Positions 56,304 to 64,000 of a stretch of 64,000 nucleotides of DNA are shown one piece after another (within the stretch, counting starts at the first letter, position 1; each line of letters opens with the position of its first letter). The stretch comes from a phage: assembly GCA_025611195.1 (NCBI GenBank), contig GCA_025611195.1_4718.1; one strand, 5' to 3'. The translations under genes were made by a program, and so were the position numbers. Below the pieces are notes generated by a model, which was not told the DNA's origin, did no database searches, and worked only from the letters and a program-made list of their open reading frames with translations.

Positions 56304-58907
56304 TTATAACGTGACTGTACCTAATTTGGTTGTCTTATTGAGATTGATGACAGAAATCTGGGTATCGCTGGTCGTAATCGTCCCGATGTTAACGCGCTGC
56401 CCTTTATCATCTTCTTGCTTGTGGATGGTTAACTCCAATTCTAACTGGTCGCCATTAGGAACAACGGAAACGTACCATGTTTTATTACCTGGTGAGCTAT
56501 TATAGTCTTTTAGGTTATAATGGCCTTTAGGTAGGGTCATGACTTTACCAGCAAACAAGCAAGTGATGTCTTCGTTGATGTAGATATCGTAACCGGAAGC
56601 AGCAACGACCGTAGAAACCATGTAACGGTTTTTAACAGCGAGAGCTTTATATTCCGCAACGGAATTGCCGACAACACTAAAGACTTGACCGCCATTACCC
56701 ATCACCGTAGAGACTGCGGCATCAACATAACCGATTCCCCACACCGGATGTACGTTCCAACGATAGCCGCTTGACTGTAGGTAAGCATACAAACCTTCAA
56801 ATGCGATGGTTGTCCAGTTCCCATCGTTTTGTCGTCCAGCTCGGAACTGATAGGTGTTCTGGTTCCCTGCAGACTGACGTAAATACGGAACATGTCCAGC
56901 AACAAGCCACCCATCACTCACCTTCTTGTAAGCTAATACACCCCAGGCGGCATTCTGACTGTAGATATTTGTTGAATCGGGGTCTTCGACATAACCCAGC
57001 AGTTTGGTTACGCCCGTCACCGTAATAGCGCCTTTACGTGCGGATACGGTAACCTCCGCAGCGATTCGTCCATGTACGCGTGTGCTGGTATTACAGCCAG
57101 CAACAAACAGAATACACGGTGCGTTTGTACCATCTGGAGGTACGGCTAACGCATGCTGCCACCGACTGACGCCAGACACCTTGTTTCCGGTATATGCGTT
57201 CCACACGAGCTGTCCGCCTGCTTGCAGGTTGGCTGCGGTTATGCTGATGGCTTCACCGGAAGGTGCGAGTTTGGTGGCGTCGTATCCGATTTTACCGGAT
57301 AAGTTTGAATCAGTTAAATAAGACCCGCTAACTACCGTATTGTCATCGCTTAAATGTACGGTTAGGAAAGGTCGCGACATTTGACCTGCGCTAACCACCA
57401 CGTTGTTGGAAGGCGGAAAACCGTAAACGTCAATACCTTCTCCCTGATAACGGTAATCGAGATTCCAGTCATAGGTCACTAGACGAGCCTCAAAATTACC
57501 CTGTCCACCACCCGTACGTGAGTTAACGAAAACCTTGTTTTTAGAAAAGAAACCCAGGTAACCATGGGACGCGAGTGCACCTACGATGCGATCCCCGACG
57601 TTTTTCCAGTATGAGTCGTACTGTATTCCACCAGTAGGACCGAGTTTGGCGAGTTCGTCGAACACATTTCCAGAGAAACCGTTGATGGTGTACGATCGCG
57701 CTTGGGGGGCGGATAAATTGTCGTTTTGGATAATGGCTACCTGACCGCGTTCGTTGATTTCGATATTCCCGGTACCGTTACCCGAACGCCATTGCCAGAA
57801 ACCATCGTTATACTCACTTGTTCCATCGGTTGTAGTAGATGGTCCTACCCAGTCTATCCCGCTATCTGTTGACACGTATGTGGATTGTCCAGCGCCCGGG
57901 TTCATGCTGTAACTGTTGTTGGCGGTTTCAAAATCGAGATAGAACTGATGTAGCCCGTTCTTTTGCTGGTTTTTGCGGTTGTTCGTCCACCATGCCGAAG
58001 CAATCAGAATACGTGCTTTAGTACCTTTGGTTGCTGCGAGCATACGAATCTGAGCACGCCAGACGGTTTGACCGATCCCATCAGAAGGGAAATCGTTAGT
58101 AGTTATGCGGTTGCAGACAATCATCTCGGCACTGTTGCTTATCGCCGTTCCTTCTATCGTTCTACCGCTAATATTCGTAAGCTGTGTAGCCGCTACGCTG
58201 CCACCGCTGGGACCGATGGAAGATTTGGTTACGGTATAAACATTTAAGTAGAGTTTATAACTGTTAGTGCCAGCGATAGCGATGTAGATTTTACCGTTAA
58301 TTTCCCAACAGCAGATATGCGGTGATGTATCAACAAAGTTGGCAAGACTACCATCAAGATACATGGCGACATGTTTGGATGCGTCAAACGTTCCGTCTGT
58401 CAACGCGATAAACATTTTAGGGCTGCTACCGTCTTCAAAAGCAGCTTGACCTAACATGATACCGTTCTGGTGACAGTATATCACCGTAGGAATACGATCG
58501 AGCGTTGCGGGCTCATAGCGGCGGCTGGTTGGAATAACTTCAGTGATCTGTCCGTTTTGATTTGTTTTACAGATAACGTAGTAAACCCCTTTCTTTACGC
58601 TGTTCGTTGCCGAACGCAGTAACACGATGGTACCATCGGATTCACGGCATACGCCGTAACGACGGTATTTGTCGTTTAGACAGATAGCACCATCAGCGGA
58701 GCCTTCGATTGCCAGAGGAAAATAACTTTGATCCCCAACCTGTTCGATATCGGTTACGCCGATATCGATGTATTTTTCCATCTCGGTGTCGAACTCAGCG
58801 GTACTATAGGCACCGAGATCGCTCGCCTTTAGTCCCGTTGGGTTGTCGCGACTGGCGATACGTGTATTAACGCTACTCACCAGTTCACTGAACTTTTTCA
58901 TTGCCAT
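56304..58907 (-). CDS. tail fibre / tailspike-like receptor-binding protein (867 aa)
   Basis: N-terminus RDNPTGLKASDLGAYS is a degenerate fibre repeat; Gly/Ser/Thr/Asn-rich body; sits inside the fibre operon. Confidence 0.6.
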   Translation of the reverse strand: MAMKKFSELVSSVNTRIASRDNPTGLKASDLGAYSTAEFDTEMEKYIDIGVTDIEQVGDQSYFPLAIEGSADGAICLNDKYRRYGVCRESDGTIVLLRSATNSVKKGVYYVICKTNQNGQITEVIPTSRRYEPATLDRIPTVIYCHQNGIMLGQAAFEDGSSPKMFIALTDGTFDASKHVAMYLDGSLANFVDTSPHICCWEINGKIYIAIAGTNSYKLYLNVYTVTKSSIGPSGGSVAATQLTNISGRTIEGTAISNSAEMIVCNRITTNDFPSDGIGQTVWRAQIRMLAATKGTKARILIASAWWTNNRKNQQKNGLHQFYLDFETANNSYSMNPGAGQSTYVSTDSGIDWVGPSTTTDGTSEYNDGFWQWRSGNGTGNIEINERGQVAIIQNDNLSAPQARSYTINGFSGNVFDELAKLGPTGGIQYDSYWKNVGDRIVGALASHGYLGFFSKNKVFVNSRTGGGQGNFEARLVTYDWNLDYRYQGEGIDVYGFPPSNNVVVSAGQMSRPFLTVHLSDDNTVVSGSYLTDSNLSGKIGYDATKLAPSGEAISITAANLQAGGQLVWNAYTGNKVSGVSRWQHALAVPPDGTNAPCILFVAGCNTSTRVHGRIAAEVTVSARKGAITVTGVTKLLGYVEDPDSTNIYSQNAAWGVLAYKKVSDGWLVAGHVPYLRQSAGNQNTYQFRAGRQNDGNWTTIAFEGLYAYLQSSGYRWNVHPVWGIGYVDAAVSTVMGNGGQVFSVVGNSVAEYKALAVKNRYMVSTVVAASGYDIYINEDITCLFAGKVMTLPKGHYNLKDYNSSPGNKTWYVSVVPNGDQLELELTIHKQEDDKGQRVNIGTITTSDTQISVINLNKTTKLGTVTL

Positions 58908-58919
58908 TATTCACCTCGA

Positions 58920-59405
58920 TTAAATAGGCGAGTCGGGAAGCTGACCATCATCGATCTCGATGGCGGCCACCTTACGTGTCGCAGCAAGATGTGATGTACC
59001 CTGGACTTTGTTCCAGGTACCGATACGCATGGTGTTTTTGTAGCTGCTATCGCTATCGTTCAGCGTGTAAACAAAACCGCTATCGGTTACGGCAAGATAG
59101 ATCCAGCCTACAGACTCACTGATACCCGACACGTCCAAAGTTGTTGCTGGCACCGTCCCTACCACCGTGTTGTATTCCGCTGTACCTTGGCCAATGCTGA
59201 TCCGCCCGTTGCTGTAACTGGCTGCCGGAAGCGTTTTATTTCGACTGAAGAAAAGAAACGGAAGGTAACGCTGGGTAACAAGCGGTGCAAGTTTAGGAGC
59301 CACTTCGGTCTTAGTGTAGACATCTGTTTGTTCTGGCGTTACCTCGTGAGGGTTCTTTTGGGTAAGATACGTTCCCCATTCAGAAAGCAGTGTTGATAGC
59401 TTCAT
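58920..59405 (-). CDS. short tail-fibre-like protein (161 aa)
   Basis: N-terminus QKNPHEVTPEQ shares the fibre-repeat motif. Confidence 0.5.
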   Translation of the reverse strand: MKLSTLLSEWGTYLTQKNPHEVTPEQTDVYTKTEVAPKLAPLVTQRYLPFLFFSRNKTLPAASYSNGRISIGQGTAEYNTVVGTVPATTLDVSGISESVGWIYLAVTDSGFVYTLNDSDSSYKNTMRIGTWNKVQGTSHLAATRKVAAIEIDDGQLPDSPI

Positions 59406-59409
59406 GCGG

Positions 59410-59919
59410 TTACCCCATGTAACGTTTTTGGCCGAGGATGAAGACTTTGTTAAATACCACCGAAGTGATTCCTGATGCGTTACAGCTTACCTGCCCGACG
59501 CGAATTGCTGTTGACGTATCGACCCCAGCACTACTCTGCCAGCTCCAATCAATCGATCCGTCTTTCTGATGAATGAAAAGATAACCGGTTTTGTTCGCCC
59601 AGTCGGAAGTAAGATTTTTGATGTCTAACGTTCCTTTCGCCAGAATATAGTCGGTACCGGCGATCATGACGGGGATTTCAGGATACGAGATTACCGTACC
59701 GCTAGCGGTAACGTTGCTGATGCGATCACTACGGATATCGGTACAATCACCGAAATACGCTACGGGGAGTATCCCCTTAGGTAGCTTTTTGTCGATTCTC
59801 GTATCGATCGTGCTTTTATCGGGTGCGTCGATTTGCGCTGCAGTGACTTGGTTAGGGTTATCCTTCCTTGCATACCACGTCGTCATGCGAGCACCCAACT
59901 CACTCATTTTTGTGCCCAT
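59410..59919 (-). CDS. short tail-fibre-like protein (about 169 aa)
   Basis: N-terminus RKDNPNQVTAAQ fibre-repeat motif; ORF-track start 59925 is GTG, ATG at 59919 preferred. Confidence 0.5.
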   Translation of the reverse strand: MGTKMSELGARMTTWYARKDNPNQVTAAQIDAPDKSTIDTRIDKKLPKGILPVAYFGDCTDIRSDRISNVTASGTVISYPEIPVMIAGTDYILAKGTLDIKNLTSDWANKTGYLFIHQKDGSIDWSWQSSAGVDTSTAIRVGQVSCNASGITSVVFNKVFILGQKRYMG

Positions 59920-59953
59920 TTTCACGTCCTATCGAAAAATAAAAAGAAGGAAA

Positions 59954-59970
59954 GGTGGGTAGAACCCACC
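59954..59970 (-). terminator. intrinsic terminator after tail-fibre gene
   Basis: GGTGGGT-AGA-ACCCACC followed on minus strand by TTTCCTTCTTTTTATTTTTCG. Confidence 0.55.
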
Positions 59971-59976
59971 CATCCA

Positions 59977-62130
59977 TTATAACGTTTCGAAGTCTTTTGC
60001 CTTGATGACCGCGTTGAAGTTGGCAAGGAATTCCTTAAGTAATGCTTGGAAAACATCGCGGAACGCCGCGTTCGTCTTCAAGCTGGTTAAATAATCGTTC
60101 TTAAGGTAATCACTAAGCTTACCGATCTTCTGCATTGTCACGCCTTCATCGTTCTCTCCGGGTTCCTGGCTATTGATATTAGCCCACTTGATCCCTTCGA
60201 GATCGCCATCAGCAAGGAAGTTAGCTGGCGTCTCATCATCGTTAAGGATTTTGATCGTGTCGCTGGATTCAATACCACCGTAAGCTTCCAGAAGCTGGTT
60301 GACGGTCAACTTATTGACGTTGATTGAACCATTAGCACCATCGATACCGAGTCCGGTACCCGTGATAGACGTTGCTGAAAGATCGATTGGTCCGGTTAAC
60401 TTACCCCCATTGATAGGGAGCGCACCGACTTGTTCGGCTGTGTGCGTGTGATCTGCTAACGCCGCGAACGCTGCAATCGACTTGTAAGTCGAGTACGGTG
60501 TCATGTACGCCGTCTGGTTAGTCCTGTCAGCAGCTTGCACATCGGTGGCGACAGCAAAGTCCTGTACGTTCCCTAACCCCACTTGTACCTTGGTTACTTC
60601 ATGCGGGTTACTCTTATCGACAACGTGTGCTGCAAAACCATCACCTGCTAAAGCGATGATCGCTGCTTTTGTCGCAGCCGGTGTCATATAGCGGTTGGTC
60701 GCTACACCTGTTTGCGCTTCCACATCAGAAGCAACAGGGTAGTTCTCAACACTCCCCAACCCAACCTGGGTTTTCGTTACCCTGTGCGGGTTCTCGGTAT
60801 TTGCGATGTGGCTACTGAACCCTTGACCAGCCATTTGCTCGATCGCGTAACGAACAAGTATTGGTGTCATGTACTTGTTGTTAGCCTGACCGTCGATCGC
60901 TTCTTGGGTAGTAGCAACCCCAAAGTTCTGCACACTTCCCAGACCGACTTGGGCTTTTGTCACCCCATGCGGGTTATTGGTGTTACCGATATGTTCGGTT
61001 ACGGTTGGGGTGATTAACGCTGCGATAGCGGCGGCTGTGGTCGCAGGCGTCATGTATTTGTTGTTAGCAACACCCGCACCAGCTTCCCCATTAGACGCTA
61101 CACCATAGTTCTGTACGTCCCCCAGCCCTACCTGTGCTTTCGTAACAGCATGAGGGTTGTTATTATCCTCGGTATGGGTTGTTAACGTAGCGTTGACATG
61201 ATCGATGCGTGTACTTAAGCCGTCCGTGATTGCCTTGATTGCTGCTCGTACACCCGCTGGAGTCGTGTACAGATTAGTGGCTGTACCGGTAACGGTTGTA
61301 TTATCATCGGCTACACCGTAGTTCTCAACGTCTCCGAGTCCCACCTGGGCTTTGGTCACCTTGTGTGGGTTGTTGCGGTTACTGATGTGTGCGGCGGCAC
61401 TATCACCACTAAGGTTAGCGATCATCTTGCGCGTCATCGCCAACGTCATGTACAGATTTTCACCGACAGTTTCCAGATCGCTCTCAGTCGCTGTTGTGAA
61501 ATTCTGCACATTCCCTAAGCCCACCTGGGCTTTCGTAACGCCGTGGGGATTATCGCGTCGATTCTCATGCTGTACTAACGCAGTCATTGCTTTATTGAAC
61601 CCTTCTTCAAGCGGTTCTTTCAATGACTCGATTGCAGCCACCACATCGTCCCACGTCATTGTGTCGGTTTCGACATTATGTTGGTGGTTGATTGGTGGGA
61701 ATACAGAAGGAACGTCGGCAACCTTTTCCCAGAACGTAACACGAGGATCGTAAAGGTTGTTGGCTAAAACGTTAAGAATTTGTTGTTGATCAAGTGTAAA
61801 CTCACCCCCCAGTGAATAGTAGTTCAGTTGCAACTGTCCACTGAATGCGGTGTCCAACAGCATGATGGAACCGTATAATTCCAGGCCGGTCAGCGCAGCC
61901 ATGGCACGGAAGGGGTGAGTGCATAAAAAGTCAACGCCTTCTTCCAGATACGCGTTTGTTTCAGGGTTGTAGATCTTTAACCCATTACGAAAATAGGGTG
62001 CGTATTTAGGAACGAGAAAGTTAAATCCGGTCCCCGTGGAAGGACGGACAGTGACGAGTTCTTCTGGAACCCATGCGCCATCCAAATTCCCCTGCGGGTT
62101 ATACGGAAGGCGTTTAATTTCATCTGTCAT
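59977..62130 (-). CDS. tail fibre protein with six NPHxVTKAQVGLG repeats
   Basis: Six tandem repeats; N-terminal region similar in layout to 54242..56290; no S74 domain; followed by hairpin plus T-tract. Confidence 0.75.
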   Translation of the reverse strand: MTDEIKRLPYNPQGNLDGAWVPEELVTVRPSTGTGFNFLVPKYAPYFRNGLKIYNPETNAYLEEGVDFLCTHPFRAMAALTGLELYGSIMLLDTAFSGQLQLNYYSLGGEFTLDQQQILNVLANNLYDPRVTFWEKVADVPSVFPPINHQHNVETDTMTWDDVVAAIESLKEPLEEGFNKAMTALVQHENRRDNPHGVTKAQVGLGNVQNFTTATESDLETVGENLYMTLAMTRKMIANLSGDSAAAHISNRNNPHKVTKAQVGLGDVENYGVADDNTTVTGTATNLYTTPAGVRAAIKAITDGLSTRIDHVNATLTTHTEDNNNPHAVTKAQVGLGDVQNYGVASNGEAGAGVANNKYMTPATTAAAIAALITPTVTEHIGNTNNPHGVTKAQVGLGSVQNFGVATTQEAIDGQANNKYMTPILVRYAIEQMAGQGFSSHIANTENPHRVTKTQVGLGSVENYPVASDVEAQTGVATNRYMTPAATKAAIIALAGDGFAAHVVDKSNPHEVTKVQVGLGNVQDFAVATDVQAADRTNQTAYMTPYSTYKSIAAFAALADHTHTAEQVGALPINGGKLTGPIDLSATSITGTGLGIDGANGSINVNKLTVNQLLEAYGGIESSDTIKILNDDETPANFLADGDLEGIKWANINSQEPGENDEGVTMQKIGKLSDYLKNDYLTSLKTNAAFRDVFQALLKEFLANFNAVIKAKDFETL
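60500..61560 (-). repeat. intragenic tandem repeats encoding NPHxVTKAQVGLG modules
   Basis: Six units, homologous at DNA level to those in 54850..55660. Confidence 0.7.
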
Positions 62131-62234
62131 GATGCGCCCTTTACAAGTTGTTAGTAAGTGTGGGATACCCTGGGGTATCCTGTGTTAACAGCGGTAAAAT
62201 ATTACTGTAACTATAAAATAAGGGGGCCTCTCCC

Positions 62235-63515
62235 ATGTATACATTGGTAAAAACTTACGGATTACCCGTAGGTTCCGGCACGGCCTGGACAGCACTTGAG
62301 GCGGGTGAAAGTGTCCTGAGTACGTTGTTCTCAGCGTATCAAAAACTCAAGATCCAGGTTCATGAAAGCTATGCTGACCAGCAACAAGTTATTGATCTGT
62401 ACACATTTCAATCCGAGCTTCAAAACAGCAATGACACGCTCAATGCGTGGTTGAAAGCGAAATCGGATGCGCACACCAACCTTCGAGGACAGCCTGGTGA
62501 GCTGTCGATTAAAACCCACAAGCTTTATTGTCACGACGTTATTACCGTAGGCTTTCTCCCTAAAGTCGGTAATAGCGGTTATCATCCGAGCAACGCGATC
62601 CCTGAGTCGGAACGTACCGATATCCTGTTGACGAAAGCGGATACGAATTACGAAAATATCGGCAAACATTGCTTGTTCACCGTAGGCGGTTATGTTCATC
62701 CTCATGTTTACGGTAAAGACGTCGGTGTCTATATCCAGGGTGGGTTCGAGACAGCACAGCGTAGCCAAGAAAACGATATCGGCATGATTGATTTTAGTCG
62801 TATCGGGAGTTTGGAAATCCACGCTATCACAGAAGAGATGCTTGCTGATTCCACGAAGCTCTTGCCGTATAAGGACGAGATGTACTTACGGCTACCACGC
62901 AAGGTCGCCGAAGATGAAACCGTCGCGCTTGTGTTCGGGGGATATCTACACCTTCTTGACGATTGTTACACGATCGTTAGTGACACGACGGCAAAAATAA
63001 ACTGCAGAAACATGTTTCTGTATGAAAGATACTTCCGCTCCCGCAAATACCTTGATTTAACGTCTCTTGGTATTCTGTTGAACGAAGAAGACCCGCAGTC
63101 CGATATTGTTGCCAATCGTTTACTGTCTGATAAGACTTTAAAAGCATGGGTGACACACCCCTGCAGTTTCTGGGTGTATATCAAAGCAACATCGATTCAG
63201 GTTACACAAGAACCTTTACCACGAAGTGGTGTACCAGGACAATATTTCTTAGGTAAGAAACCGGAAGGACTGATTCGAGCTGACCTCGGTGAGTTACCGG
63301 CTTACGTGCAGACCTATGAAAAACCGTTATGGGTACTTCACTCACGCTGGGGACTTCGTAAGAACATGTTGTTTGAAAACACGTTGTACAAACATACACG
63401 CGTTAAGCGGCTTAACGATACACCTTATCTTCACCAGGTCTGGTTGGAAACGCACGCGACGTTGCAGACAGTACATAAGCTCGAATTGATCGATTCCAGT
63501 CAGAAAAACAAATAA
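62235..63515 (+). CDS. hypothetical protein (426 aa), possibly tail/baseplate-associated
   Basis: ORF divergent from fibre operon; AAGGGGG RBS. Confidence 0.5.
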   Translation: MYTLVKTYGLPVGSGTAWTALEAGESVLSTLFSAYQKLKIQVHESYADQQQVIDLYTFQSELQNSNDTLNAWLKAKSDAHTNLRGQPGELSIKTHKLYCHDVITVGFLPKVGNSGYHPSNAIPESERTDILLTKADTNYENIGKHCLFTVGGYVHPHVYGKDVGVYIQGGFETAQRSQENDIGMIDFSRIGSLEIHAITEEMLADSTKLLPYKDEMYLRLPRKVAEDETVALVFGGYLHLLDDCYTIVSDTTAKINCRNMFLYERYFRSRKYLDLTSLGILLNEEDPQSDIVANRLLSDKTLKAWVTHPCSFWVYIKATSIQVTQEPLPRSGVPGQYFLGKKPEGLIRADLGELPAYVQTYEKPLWVLHSRWGLRKNMLFENTLYKHTRVKRLNDTPYLHQVWLETHATLQTVHKLELIDSSQKNK

Positions 63516-63525
63516 ACAAACATAA

Positions 63526-63557
63526 CCCTCCTCCAACCCATCAGGGAAGGAGGAGGG
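63526..63557. terminator. family-A palindromic hairpin (reverse orientation)
   Basis: Stem CCCTCCTCC/GGAGGAGGG, loop AACCCATCAGGGAA. Confidence 0.5.
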
Positions 63558-63566
63558 AATATGTTG

Positions 63567-64000
63567 TTATGCCACGTATAACGTTAGATAACCGTCGATG
63601 AGCGTATTCATCACACTGAGTTGAAGTACAACAGCTTTACGAGCGTCTGTACGTACACCAAATGGTAGTGTTTTGAAATGCTCTGGATCGGCTATTACTT
63701 TCGCATTCTGCAAGTTGAGCGGTCCAGGTATTGACGACAATACCCAACGATCGTTGGCCGTAAGACCGTCGATCTCTTCAGAGAGACCCAATTGCAGTGC
63801 GTTCATTTCTGCGATTAATGCCTCCGATTGTGTATCACCTGAGGTTAACGTATACCCATCAGTAAGTGACGTTAGAACATCATCAGACATGAACCAGTTG
63901 TACGAAACAATAGCGCCTGGGAGTTTATCACTATCTCGATCGATGAGATAATTCAACCCAGCCAACATATTGTTGCGAATGAGGTTGTTGAGGTCGTTAT
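63567..64000 (-). CDS. hypothetical protein, 5' end truncated by window edge
   Basis: Reading frame stays open upstream of the ORF-track Met at 63968 through to position 64000. Confidence 0.45.
   Translation of the reverse strand, partial: NDLNNLIRNNMLAGLNYLIDRDSDKLPGAIVSYNWFMSDDVLTSLTDGYTLTSGDTQSEALIAEMNALQLGLSEEIDGLTANDRWVLSSIPGPLNLQNAKVIADPEHFKTLPFGVRTDARKAVVLQLSVMNTLIDGYLTLYVA

Noticed and set aside
1-64000. CRISPR arrays, rRNA, tRNA, transposase or integrase genes
   Set aside because: No regularly spaced direct repeats with unique spacers, no rRNA-like conserved stretches, and no integrase or transposase motifs in any ORF.

Overview
This 64-kb window reads as a densely packed segment of a large tailed dsDNA phage genome, not a bacterial chromosome. 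It is most consistent with a phiKZ-like jumbo phage of an enterobacterial host (GC near 50% by eye). Key support: (1) two adjacent minus-strand ORFs carrying the multisubunit RNA polymerase beta' hallmarks (DFDGD catalytic loop; bridge-helix-like NNAGRWLTRQL), split at an in-frame TAA-CCC-ATG junction; (2) a divergent 2221-aa protein with a Gly-rich hydrophobic segment and a C-terminal GH19-like peptidoglycan hydrolase domain, resembling phiKZ gp181 as I recall it; (3) four copies of CTATATTACCT, matching my recollection of the phiKZ early-promoter consensus, each upstream of a minus-strand gene. Other recognisable genes are thymidylate kinase, an RNase HI-domain protein, a Rad50/SbcC-like ATPase, a RuvC-like resolvase, a GH108 endolysin, and a tail-fibre cluster with NPHxVTKAQVGLGNV repeats and one C-terminal S74-type chaperone domain. 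Most remaining ORFs are hypothetical. Non-coding signal is rich: two families of conserved CCTCC-stem palindromic hairpins at every convergent gene junction, canonical hairpin+T-tract terminators, a 780-bp AT-rich non-coding region with iterons, and several operator-like palindromes. No tRNA, rRNA, CRISPR array or transposase was recognised. All calls rest on reading the sequence and motif recall; no database search was run. Coordinates of short motifs may be off by 1-2 nt.
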